64,000 nt of DNA, from positions 86,986,001 to 87,050,000 of the forward strand of contig OX597815.1 of NCBI GenBank assembly GCA_951406725.2. Reading direction: 5' to 3'. The stretch is from Octopus vulgaris (taxonomy: Eukaryota). The first letter of the stretch is position 1. Every line of letters starts with the position of its first letter. Of this stretch, positions 51,932-64,000 are shown piece by piece. A model generated the notes under the pieces. That model saw nothing but the letters and a program-made list of their open reading frames with translations, was not told the origin of the DNA and searched no databases. Made by a program: the position numbers and the translations under genes.

Positions 51932-52809
51932 CCAAACATAAATAATAATGCCAAACAGTATTATCGATACTATTATTGCCAGTATCATCATCATCTTCAA
52001 AAGTATTATCGTTATCATCTATATCATCATCATTATCTACACAAATTCCGCCAACAGCTCAACTTCCATCATCATTATCTATAGAATAGGTCGTACAATA
52101 TTGATTTGATTATATGTACACACACACATACACACACACACACACATACGCTTTAGTAACAATAATAATTCACAGATTCTCATAAAATATATCTCATGGA
52201 CAAATTCCATTCCCACTTTCAGTGCAACTAACAACAATCATTCTAAAGAACTGCCTTCGAATATCACACAACTCACACACCACATTCTACACAACCACCT
52301 GCCAATAATAATATACAGTATGCATTCTACATAGCATCACTGTAAGACTTCGCTATATCACAGCCTAGCAAAGCACATAATCTACAAAGTTAACCTACAT
52401 ATCTCATATTTCTGCGCAATTGTCACTCGACACAAAACATACAGGTTTCAGTCAGCACAACGCACATAGTACATATTTTATACAACAAACATACAAAACA
52501 CTAAAGGTGATGATGAGCCTGTAACAGCCGTGCCATTGTTGACACGCCTCAAACTTTTTGAGTGACATGCGATGGACTTTAAAACAAAATAAAATCACAC
52601 GGCAAAATCACGTTATCAGAATTTTGGCTGCGTATTGGAATTATTGTCCCCGCGAAGTCGTAAACATCGTTAGAAAGCAAAAGGGTATCGAAGTGAGAGG
52701 GAAAAGTTCCGAAATGTTTAAATTTTGGAAAACTATTTTTTATGATCGTAATTTCCATAATATGAAACACGGAAATACACTATAAAGAAAAAAACTATCC
52801 TTTCCTTAC

Positions 52810-52816
52810 CCACCAT
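52810..52816 (-). CDS. Candidate first coding micro-exon (ATG GTG G) of the HSPA12 gene
   Basis: ATGGTGG|GTAAGG is a phase-1 donor compatible with the phase-1 acceptor at 28406, giving MVDTQFKL. Supported only by signal and phase. Confidence 0.2.
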
Positions 52817-53479
52817 TTATGGGATATCGTGGGATATCGAGGAATAATTATTACAACATGTAAGTAACACTCCAATAACGATATTATTAAAACAAGGATT
52901 TCCACATCTCGAAATAAAAGCTTTCGCCAATGAAGCAGAAACAACAAAAAAATTCATATCAAAACCAAGCATATGTAACGTACTCAAATATCATATCACA
53001 TAAGCTACGACAACACTGTTTATATCTCAGGAATATGTATTCATGCATAGGTGATATGTATGGACAGACATATATTCATGTATGTGTGCGTGGATAGATA
53101 GATTGATACACACATAGTCACTCTCCTTCTCTCTGTGTGTGTGTGTGTGTGTGTGCACGCATTTCTTTTAAGCGTGAGCAGATTGACAGTTTGATAGACA
53201 AATACACAAATGACAAACAGGTTGCTAAAAAAAACATGGTCAAACAATTAGACAAAATAGACAGTGAGACTGAAAAAGAGAAATGTTGATATACATATAT
53301 GAAAGAGAGAAACAAAATTTTAGGTAAGGAAATCTTACCCCCATGTTAAGACGGAACCTTCGTGTAAAGTTTTGTAAGACCAGAGGCACCCCAACAAACA
53401 GTGACTAATGACAATTCAGGCGGTTATGTACGTCATTATATGTCTTGGGAAGTGATGAAGTACAGGAAATGGTTCAATG

Positions 53480-54390
53480 GTGACTGGAGTATGTTATCAA
53501 CTTGTGGAGGAGAAGAGAGAATGAGAGATAGACTGAAAGTGAGGGAGAGGAGGAACTAATAAACAAGTAAGGCGAAAGAGACGAAATGAAGCAAAGTGCG
53601 TTGGAGTGAAATAAAGAGTGAAATAGAGAGTGTATGTAAGAACTAAAAGAGAAAATGGAGAAAGATGAAGCAGATTGAATGTGAGAAAGGGTGTTCGGGA
53701 GAGTCATAGAGAGAAGGTAGATAAGAGAAGAGGGGATTGCAAAGAAATGGTATGAGAAGAAGGGAAATAAATTATACTAGAAAAAGAAATAGGAAGGGTG
53801 TATAAGAAGGACGAAAAAATAACTGAGAGACATGGAGACAGATAGAGAGGGAAGTGTAACTATGTGAGGAAAATAGTATGGAAAATATCAAAAGGGGTTG
53901 GAGAGAGAAAAACTAACGTATAAGGAAGGTAGGCATAATGTGAGAAGCGCTAAAGGAGTTAAAGTGGGGATAAAAGAGAGAAAATAGTGAAAGCAGAATA
54001 TATGGGTGTGTATAGTTGTGTGTGTATGTGTATGTGTCTTTTGCAATATTGAGGGAGGTTATAGATTGTGAAGAGACAGAGAAAATTGAGAGAAATGGAT
54101 ATGGGTGTAAGAAATGGAAAGAGCTGAAATAAAAGAAGGCCAGTGGACAATGGGATGGGCTGAAAGAGAGAAATAGTGAAAGGTGGGGTTGAGATTGTGA
54201 GAAGGAATGAAAAAAAAGATTTGAAAATACGTTGAATGTGAGGTTGAGAATCTAATTAGTCTCGTCAACACGTGAATAGCCTAGTTTAGAATAAGGGAAT
54301 TGTGAAAGAGAAGGGTGAATAGACAAAATATAAGAGATAGAAAATTAAAACAGGTGGAGGACAAGATAAAGTGAAGCAACGAAATGGAGG
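53480..54390. repeat. Degenerate purine-rich (GA) low-complexity tract
   Basis: Strong G/A strand bias with no coding signal. A pyrimidine-rich counterpart lies at about 61670-62060. Confidence 0.7.
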
Positions 54391-55559
54391 GGGGGGTGAT
54401 TTGTGAATACTTTTTCTCAGTATGTATTTGAGGACAAGTGTAGCCGTTTAGATGACCTCCGGTCGAGAAACCGTCTGAAAGATAGTGTTTGTGTTCTGGA
54501 ACTTATGATGGTAGATATTTAAATCTTTATAGGGTCCTGCAATATGTACTCTTGTATTATATTGATTCGTGTCCTCTGTAGGTGCTATATAATTGTCTTC
54601 ACCCACTTGTCAAATAAATCTACAATGCATTGATATATGTATTTAATAAGCATTCGTAATTCTTTGTGTAATATAGATGAATGAGACACAACACGACAGT
54701 AATAATGATTGATTGGTATTTTGTAAACAACATATACTCTCTCAACATTTTGTAAGTATACAAGTTTGGAACAAAATTAGTTATACTTATATAGGAGTGC
54801 TTAATACTTTAGATTGTGTTGCACAATATATGCACATATGAATACATCCTTGCATGTTATCTTTCCTTGATTATTCAAAATTCTTATAACGAAAGTGGTG
54901 ATTTCTAACACAGAATCGTTGCCCCATTGCTGAAAAATTAGATAATGATAATAATGGTAAACACTTGAACTTTAGAAAAATATTGCATATTACTACTGTT
55001 CCGCTTATAGATTATGATTGCAAAGTGCATATCCTCCATAGACGAAACACGCATACATGCATATAGGTTACAAATATATATCATATGTACAACATGCAAG
55101 TATGTATGCTAAGGTATAGAATATATGCATATATTCTCTACATAGCGTACATGCATATATGCATAACATATCTTTTTTTAGAAAGAATATATATTCCTGT
55201 GGCAGTGTGACGTATCTATTTTTAGAATAATAGCTTCTGATTTCGGCACAAGGCCAAAAATTTTAAGGGAAATAGTTTAGTCACTACCATCGAATCCCAG
55301 TATTCGACAAGTATTTTATTGTTTCAACCCTTAGTGGGTATGAAAGATACAGTTGATATTGGCAGGATTTGAACTCAAAATGTAAACTGCCGGAATAAGT
55401 TAAATATTGAATGTTTTTAGTTTCTTTATATAAGATTTCAAGTTGATTCTTCGAAGGTGGAGTTGGGCTTGAGTTTTTCTGGAATCATTGACTCTTCACA
55501 TAAAATGCCCCTTATTTCTGAATGGGGTGGGGTATAGTAAATACTTGACAGTGTATAGA

Positions 55560-55820
55560 TGTGTATTTCTTTGTAATGAATTCAATGTCCTCAATGCTGC
55601 CAGCCGCGAGAACTGAGTCGTCAACTTAGAGCAGCTCCTTGACACACATTTCAATTATTTTGGTGGACGTACGAAGACAGACCAAGTTGCAAAGCTTCCT
55701 ATATGTTCTGGTGCGGATGAAAACTCGTTTGTGCAGATTGACCCTCACAGTGCCAAGCATAGCTGTGAGGTAAAGAGAAAAGAGTGCGAAAGCAGGCACG
55801 CACCCCTGCTTCACTACGTG
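55560..55820 (-). mobile_element. RTE (BovB-like) LINE reverse transcriptase fragment
   Basis: VKQGCVPAFALFSLYLTAML..VFIRTR..KLCNL..LRTSTK...VKELL followed by a degenerate ADD, cf. GVKQGCVLAPTLF..G.LFNL.RL.A.TK..ELLFADD. Confidence 0.8.
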
Positions 55821-57291
55821 GTTGTCGGTAGAACAATATTCAGAATAGTTATATAGAAAACAATGCTGAATTTTCCTTTATTTCCATTGGTGAATTTATC
55901 ATTTTCGTTTACCAGATTAAGTCATATCTTTATTGATTTTACTTTCGAAATTATTCAGGTTACCTTGTTTAGGAGCATTCATAACCATGGTGCTATAATT
56001 GATCTCAAACCATATCTGATTTGTAGATTTACTTTACCGTCAAAAGTTCTACACCATATTTTTTTCTACGGAAGCTAAGTTCGTCCTTCTCTTGATGGAA
56101 GCACTTCCTGATTTAGAGCCATTGATTTGCTCTCAAATTATTTTATTCGTCAGTTAGCCTAGTTTCTTGTAGACAATCTGTAATTAAGTTGCAGTGGGCT
56201 ACTTGTGAAATTTGTTATTCACTTTGCACCAAATGATAACATCCAATTTTGTTATTCACTCCATACTTAATTATAGTATAAAACTCACTGTGGCTATTAT
56301 TTATCATGTTTCAGAGAGAGGTCCATCATTTTAGTGGTATGTTTAAATTATTTGACAGTCACTATTGTCTTGTAACTGCCGCTGAACAATAAATGTAACA
56401 GACGGAATACAAAAACATTTTCAATATCCATAAATCAGAACTTCTCATTTCTGCTAATTCTTTGTTAACTAAAGCATTCACTGACTAAAGAATATCGGTT
56501 GGTTTGTCTACCGATTCTTCTTGTAAATGACATATCCTACAGCTATAGAGTTCTAACAAAAAAAAGAAGAAAGTGAGAAGACAGCCTGGCTAACATTTCA
56601 ATGGAGTTAATTGCTTCACTGATTTAGCAGAACAATTAGCGAATAAAGCTTAACTGAATTCTGAAGAGATCAATATGCGTAAGCTAAAAACAAGTGGACC
56701 ATTTGCAGTTCTTCATGCGTTTAAACAATGATATTAAACATTATATCAAGAGAGAACATTTAAACTGAGCAATAATACTTTCAGTGATGCTGTATTAAAT
56801 GGAATTCTTGCATTTATAATGAAAAGAAAAGAGACTCACGTCCAAATTTAAACAATAACTCAGAACGATAATAAAATCTATTTTGTATAATAGAGAGAAA
56901 ATCAAACAGGAGGACATTCTAGAATACAAAAGACTTTTGATCTGACGAAATCTCTGCTGTGTCATCTCCATAGCAAGAGTGATGTCGCTTCAGCTGCTTC
57001 ACCCACTACTATTCTGAACGATGGCTGCTCCCTTTGCAGTAAACACACAACAAAGTGAAACATGACCAATATCAGTAAGAACTTCAAAGGTTGGCGACGA
57101 CATTCGGCTTGGAAGAGCCGTGACACTTTAGTTGAGAGCTACATTTGCAGCCTTGGATACAGTGTTTCCTGTAATAACAGTCTAACGTTAGAACAGGAAG
57201 CGTACAACTAAATGAACTCCACCAACATCCTATCATTATAGTTACATGTAATATCATTGGTCATTCTTATGTTTGGTTTAAATTGTGTGTG

Positions 57292-57374
<83 letters not shown>

Positions 57375-58249
57375 ATGATCAGCCTAGGACGAATCTCAGA
57401 GGGGACTCATTTTTTTTAATATAATATATACATTATCTGTTTCTGTCGTTGGGCTGCAATTGACGGGTTTTTTGTCAAACTTAACCCAGTGCTTATTTTA
57501 AAGCCTGGTACTTACTGAAATTGTCTCTTTTGCCGAAGGGCCAAGTTACAGGGACGTAAACAAACCAACATTAGTTATCAGGTGGGATCGGGGGACAAAC
57601 ACGAAGACATGCACACAATTTCCGTCTACCAAACCCACTATAGTGGAAGACACTTGCCCAAGGTGCCACGCATTGGGACCAAATCAAAGACCCACATCGT
57701 TGGGTAGCAAGCTTCTTAACCATGCGGCTACACCTGTGCATTTAGCCACCCTGCACTGATATCAAAAACGAATCAAAAGTCTTTCTCGAGACATGGGTAT
57801 AAAGGCATCGGCCCGTCGCGGCATTCCTCTTTTACACCAGGAGAGTGGAGTGGAGCAACGTGGAATGAGGAGCTTTGCTCAAGAACACAACACATCGCCC
57901 ATCCAGGAATCGTAACCACAATCTTACGATCATGAGTGCAACAATCTAACCACTAACCCACGTTCCGCCACTCTCATACAAATGTGTGTGTTTGTGTGTA
58001 AATATATATATCCCTCACCCCTGTGAACAACCAGACTGATAAGGACAAAGCATCAAGCAGAAGTTCCTCTGTAACATTAGTCCCACAAAATAATGGAACC
58101 CTCACCCCTATGGACAACCAGACGAATGCAAGGGCTACCACCAATAAAGGAAGGAAAGACAAGTAAAAATATAAAAAAAGAAAAGATGTAGGAAAAGGAA
58201 AAGACGAAACAATTAAAACTAAAACTGCTTAATCTCACCAATGCCCTAT

Positions 58250-60425
58250 TCATGGAGCAAATTTTGCTGCGACCTACCAGGGCGAATAACATATTGGATC
58301 TTTACTTCACAAACTATATGGACATGGTTCATAATGTGAAAGTGACACGGACATTAGTTTCGGATCACGACATACAGCCTAAAGGAAGCACCAAAAATCT
58401 CTCCAATCTGAACTTCCACAAAGCAGAATGGAAATCGATCCACACCAGACATTGGCATGAAACTAGAATATTTCGTGTCTGTTATGCAAACCATATGCCA
58501 GAAATATGTTTCAGAGCACAAGCTCAACACTGATGGAGATTGAAAACAAAAATTCTCTGTGAAGGAGAGAGCAAACAAAGAAACCTGGGTTATAGAAAAC
58601 ATCAAGCCAAATCCACAGGCCTTCTTTCATTATGCCAAAAAGAACAGCCTCAGTACGCTGCAAAATAGAACCCCTCTTCCAGAAGGATGGCTCCCTCACA
58701 GATAACCCAACCAAGATCAGTGAGGTACTGAATGGTCAGTTCAAAATTATCTTTACCACCTCGTTGGAACACAGACAAGTGAACGAACCAGTGAATTTCT
58801 TTGCCGCTCCACCTGTAACCAGCGAGGCAGTTACAATGGATTACATCGACATTGAGGAAGAAGATATAATACTAATTATAGATGCGGTGGATGAAGGCTC
58901 AACTGCTGGACGCGATGGTTTCCCAGCAGTTCTCCTCAAATCGTGTAAACGTGCTCTGGTGAAACCACTACAGATTCTCTTCCAGAGCTTTCTTGTAAAT
59001 GGCAAGCTGCCAAGTAAACTGAAGGAGGGAATAATATGCCCAGCCCATAAAGGAGGAAGCAGAGCAGATGCCAAAAATTATAGGCCTATCTATCTAACTT
59101 CGCACATCAGTAAAGTCATGGAACGAATCGTCAGGGAGAAACAAGTCGTATTCCTTGAAGAAAACAACTTGCTGAGTGATACACAGCATGGTTTTCGACC
59201 GGGTAGGAGCTGCCTAACCTAGCTGCTACAGTAATATGATTGGGTGTCGAGGCAGTTACTCGACAACTCAAATGTGGACGAAACTTTACACAAGTTTTTG
59301 ATAAAGTTGATCATGGTATGATATGCCACAAACTATGTGACTTTGGCATAGTTGGAAAACTTGGAGAGTGGTTACAGGACTTTCTAAAAGACAGAAGTCA
59401 GGTAGTGGTGGCCAATGGAGCCACCTCAAAGAATACACAAATAGCAAGTGGTGTTCCTCTCAGATATGCCTTCAGCTGTCCGGATGGCCACCTTTGCTAG
59501 CTACGCAGACGATACGAAAGTCTCGCAGAAAATACAAAACCTTAGCGATTTTGCATTCTTGCAGCAGGAGTTAGGTTCAATTTACAGATGGGATGAGGAC
59601 AATAATATACAGTTTAATGCTGAAAGTTCCAAGCCCTGCGCTACCAGCACCCAAAACTGAACGTAAAACTCACAGGATACACTGGCTCACGGGGGATTAC
59701 AATCCCAGAATCTAAATCAGTGCGGGACCTGGGTATCGACATGAGTGATGATACCTCTATCAAAGTGCTCATTACCAAGATGGTGATAAAGTGCAGACGG
59801 CTGGCTGGCTGGATCCTGAGAACCACAGAGAAGGAAAGACTGATGGTCCTCTGGAGGACATTTGTCCTCAGTCGCCTGGACTACTGCTCCCAGCTATGGT
59901 CATCCAACGGTGTAAAAGTAACAGCGGGCCTTGAAGCAATCCAGCGAAGCTTCACGAAGAAGATCATCTCATTGCAACAGCTCAGCTACTGGGAAAGGCT
60001 GAAACAGTTAAGACTCTACTCCCTGGAGCGAAGTCGGGATAGATATGCAGTAATATACATCTGGAAGATCCTGGAAGGGAATGTACCAAATTTTAGCATT
60101 GAAAGCTACACAAATGCCAGGACGGGTTGACACTGCACAGTACCAAAGATCCCAGCAATGCCGTCACGCATTGGGTTTTAGGGTCTCACAGCTTTCTAAT
60201 ATTCTCCCAAAGAGCTGTTTTCAAATCAAAACTGAATCTCTTCCTGTCGAGAGTCCTAGATAAACCTACCTCGCGACAGGAGGCGCAAATGAGAGCAGTG
60301 ACATCAAACTCACTTATTCATCAAATGCAACATATCAAAGGAAATCCTCAATAATAACAGTGTAACAAATCAGCAGTGCCCCAGCATGGCGATAGCTTTC
60401 AGCTGAAACAGATAACATAATAAAA
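58250..60425 (+). mobile_element. CR1-clade LINE ORF2 (APE end and RT) with 3' tail, disrupted
   Basis: PTRANNILDLYFTN, KNYRPIYLTSHISKVMER, QHGFRPGRSCLT, FDKVDH, YADDTK, RDLGI, LDYCSQLWS and YWERLKQLRLYSLE across several frames. Confidence 0.92.
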
Positions 60426-60463
60426 ACACACACACACATACACACAGACACACACAGACACAT

Positions 60464-60545
<82 letters not shown>

Positions 60546-61672
60546 TAATAAATGTTCTTGACAATACACTGAGATATTTTAATAAGAATGGAAAAATTAG
60601 TTAGAAGCAAAATTAACATTACTTATAAACAGATATTAAAAAAAGTCTGAAATTTCGTAAGGAAATGAGAAAATTGTGCATAAATATTTTAATCTTTGTT
60701 TGTGTGGTTAGTGTGTCACGCGCATGCGTGTTGATGTTGTTGTCAATAACACGCAAAACAAGATAAAAGGATTTAAGTAATATTCTATCATCACGTTTGG
60801 AAAATCCACATTTTTTTATATCTGTATATAATAAACAAACACACACACATACACACAAATATAATAACCACATGCATACATTTACATACACACAGATACA
60901 CATTTATACAGATACAGATGCGACATTGTATACACACACATAGACACATACAATACACATACATATATATAATATCAATAATAATAATTATCATTACCGA
61001 TATAAATATTGGTTACTTGGTTGATTTCTCCAGTCACCCTGTACATTGAAGAGAGAAAGGAGAGAGACAGAGACAGACAGAGAGAATTAACAATTAACGT
61101 AGGAGGTGCGGGTTGAGTCTCATACCATTCTAAAAAATATTCATTTCTTTTTTAATGGAATTTTCGCAAAGATACATTTTCGATGGAAAAGATTGCGATT
61201 ATGCTGATAAAACTTTAGAAAAGTATCATATATTTTTATTGCAAATAGACAAATAAGAATTTTGCTTTATTTAATTTTAAGGTAATAAATATTTTTCTTT
61301 TGAAAATTACAATTCATTTCCTCATTTTAAGCACCAAGAAATTTGATAAAAGTTAAATCATAATTATTGTGTGTGCTAATATATATATATATATATATAT
61401 TACCCATGGTGAGAAAATTATACTTCCTAAGTTACCAGTCATATGAAGGGCGTGCTTCTTCGATATATATGTCCAACGAAATCACTGTGACATAATGTGA
61501 CCAGGCAAGACCTTTTAATTATGGGTACAAACCATCCTCAGCGTTTCAGCATAGTTTCTTTCCATTCAATTTCTCTCACAAGGCTCAGGACGACTCGCGA
61601 CTATTGTAAAAGACACTTGTACAAGATCGAACTCTGGACTTTGTCATCGAAAAGCAAACTTCTTAAATACTG

Positions 61673-61709
<37 letters not shown>

Positions 61710-62365
61710 CTCTGCATTCCTTACTTTCTTCCTCTCTCGATCTCTTGGGTGTATTTATTTGTTTTATTATATAATCATTTCACTGAAATTATCGTGTTGC
61801 TTTACATTTCTATATTTTTATTTATCCCTGTTCTGGCTGTCCAGATTACTTTGTTTCTGTCACTCGTTTTCTTTTTCCTCTTCCTGGTTTCCTCTCTAAC
61901 TCTTTCTCTTTTCTTTTTTTTCTATCACTTAAATTTTTTACTCACTATTTTCTATTTGTCTTCGCTGTTTCTCTCTTCCACTCTCTCTCTCTATCTTCTC
62001 TTGTTTCATAGTCTTTTTTTTTCTTTTTCTACCAATTGCTTTCTTTCTCTTTCCCTCTCAAAATACTTATAAACGTTTTGCTATCTACCCAACACTTGGT
62101 ATTAACTTAATGCAACAAGGTGTTCCTTGATGATCTGGTTAAGCATCTATACGCAATTAGAACACCTAATGCAGGGTTCGAAGCAACCATAATGTTGAAA
62201 TGTACGTAGGAACTAACTAACTTTATATATATATATAGCAATAAGAAAATTAAGGGGATCAAGAGGTGGTATTCATCTGAGTTGAATTAGGTACTTAAGT
62301 TGAAGCACCAAGTCAGTGCGATATTATCTGCATAGCTCGAAGTAAGGGGAATAAGATTAAAATAG

Positions 62366-62452
62366 GCAACAGGATATCAAGAAGTGATGCAGTACAACCG
62401 TCTCTAGCGGCTTGAAACGGTCGTACTGCGTCACTTCTTGATGTCCTGTTGC
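62366..62452. repeat. 87-bp near-perfect palindrome
   Basis: 39-bp arms GCAACAGGATATCAAGAAGTGATGCAGTACAACCGTCTC versus reverse complement GCAACAGGACATCAAGAAGTGACGCAGTACGACCGTTTC, with 4 differences, all transitions. Confidence 0.9.
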
Positions 62453-62460
62453 TCATTTTG

Positions 62461-62492
<32 letters not shown>

Positions 62493-62578
62493 AATCCAAA
62501 CGGGAAACAAAAAAACAACAACAATGGAACAATTACAGTATTATTATTAATAGGCGCTCAGGAAATGGAAGCAGGGAG

Positions 62579-62613
62579 GTATGACGTTTCGAGCGGAGCT
62601 CTTCGTCGGAAAC
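62579..62613 (-). ncRNA. Minimal hammerhead-like motif in a PLE pLTR-like sequence
   Basis: Minus strand gttt-CCGACGA-A-GAGC.TCC.GCTC-GAAAC-GTC-atac (U4 changed to C; GUC triplet). The element ends at (TA)n 62460-62486. Confidence 0.6.
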
Positions 62614-62734
62614 ATAAAGAAAAGAAGAGAGGAAAGAAAGATCCCAGAGCGGGCAGCGGAGATAGAGAAAAAAACGACTGGTGTTAGGAGTTACACATGG
62701 TGAAAGGCGGATGTTTACGATAACAAGAGCAAAG

Positions 62735-63132
62735 TGGGTTTTTAAAGGCAAAAGAGTGGAGACAAGGTTGGTAACGCAACAGATGTGTGTGTATGTGTGA
62801 GTGTGTGCGTGTGCGTGTGTGTATGTGTGTGTGTGAGGCGAGATAAAAAAACAAAAAATATATGTATGTGTTAGTGTGTGCGTCTGTGTGTAGGCGTGTG
62901 AGGTAGGGCGAGACGGTGGTCAGCATAGCAGCATGGGTTTTTAAAGGCAAAAGAGTGGAGACAAGGTTGGTAACGCAACAGATGTGTGTGTATGTGTGAG
63001 TGTGTGCGTGTGCGTGTGTGTATGTGTGTGTGTGAGGTGAGATAAAAAAACAAAAAATATATGTATGTGTTAGTGTGTGCGTCTGTGTGTAGGCGTGTGA
63101 GGTAGGGCGAGACGGTGGTCAGCATAGCAGCA
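62735..63132. repeat. Recent 199-bp tandem duplication
   Basis: 62735-62933 and 62934-63132 are nearly identical; one C/T difference was noticed. Confidence 0.9.
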
Positions 63133-64000
63133 GCATAGCAGACAAAGGTCAGTAGTAAGAAAAGGGAGGAAGGAGGAAGGGAGGGAGGGGAAGGGGTGGG
63201 GGCGTATGTAGCGTGCCAGCGTGTGTTGAGTAGTAGTGTGTGTGTGTGTCCAGTGTCGTGGTAGTATTAATGGCGAGTAGATTGAATGTGTGTAAGAGTA
63301 ATGTATATGTTTAAGCAATGTGTGTATATGTGTGCGCGTGTGTGTAACGAAAAAAGGGGGGTTAAGGAAAAGGACTCCAGCGGAGGGGAAGATGGAACAG
63401 TGGTCCCGCGGAGACGGGCGTGGGAAAACCCAACGACAAGCGACATCCCAGGAACGGGCGGGAGGTCTCGTCGGGTCCAAGGGCGAGGTGCATGCGGCGC
63501 GCATGCGTGCGCGAACCGGCGCAAGCGCGTGTGTGCGCGCACCTGCGAGTGTGCGCGTACGTATGTGTGTGTGTGGATGTGTGAGTGTGTCTGTGTGTAT
63601 GTCTGGGTGGCAGTGTGTCCGATGAATGTATGTGAGTATGTGTGTATATATGTGTGTGCATAGATGTATGTCCGTGTGTGTGTGTGTGTGTGTATGTGTA
63701 TGAGTGTGTATGTATGTACGTGTGGGTGTGGGGAAGTGTGTGTATGTGCATGTGTGTGCGCGAACATACAGGTGTGTGAGTGAGTGCGTGTGTGTGTATG
63801 TATGTGTGAGTGTGTATGTATGTGTGTGTAGGATGCATGTATGTGTATGGGTGTATGTATGCGTGTGTGTATGTATGTATGTGTACGTGCGTGTGTGTGT
63901 GTGTATGCGTGTAGGTGTGCGCGTGTGCATGCGTGCATGCATGTGCGTATGTGTGTGTGTGCATGTGTGTGGGTATATATGTATGTGCGTATATGTGTGT

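Noticed and set aside
56940-57190. Coding-looking segment with a minus-strand acceptor (TTATTACAG|G)
   Set aside because: The frames I translated contain stops and I recognise no family or matching donor.

Overview
AT-rich, microsatellite-dense eukaryotic genomic DNA. The SINE content suggests an octopod cephalopod (inference). Nearly all ORFs in the supplied track are microsatellite artefacts. The only clear host-gene sequence is an 887-bp minus-strand exon of an HSPA12 (atypical Hsp70) gene at 27520-28406, with a speculative 7-nt first coding exon at 52810-52816. The rest is a nested set of mobile elements: a Helitron 3' end, Penelope-like elements (PLEs), a full-length decayed mariner, hAT, MULE, Tc1 and piggyBac-type remnants, CR1, RTE, L1/Tx1 and R4/Dong LINE fragments, and at least four SINE families. 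The most interesting signal is a set of hammerhead ribozyme (HHR) modules from several PLE-related families. One is a ~250-bp unit with a tRNA-like Pol III head followed by an HHR; it lies directly after a PLE GIY-YIG ORF and also occurs on its own inside a SINE. Another is a ~125-bp palindrome containing a type I HHR with an intact catalytic core. A CR1 LINE shares its 3' tail with the dominant CORE-type SINE, and RLE-type LINEs are associated with (TAA)n and (CATA)n repeats. All calls were made by eye with no database search or folding software.
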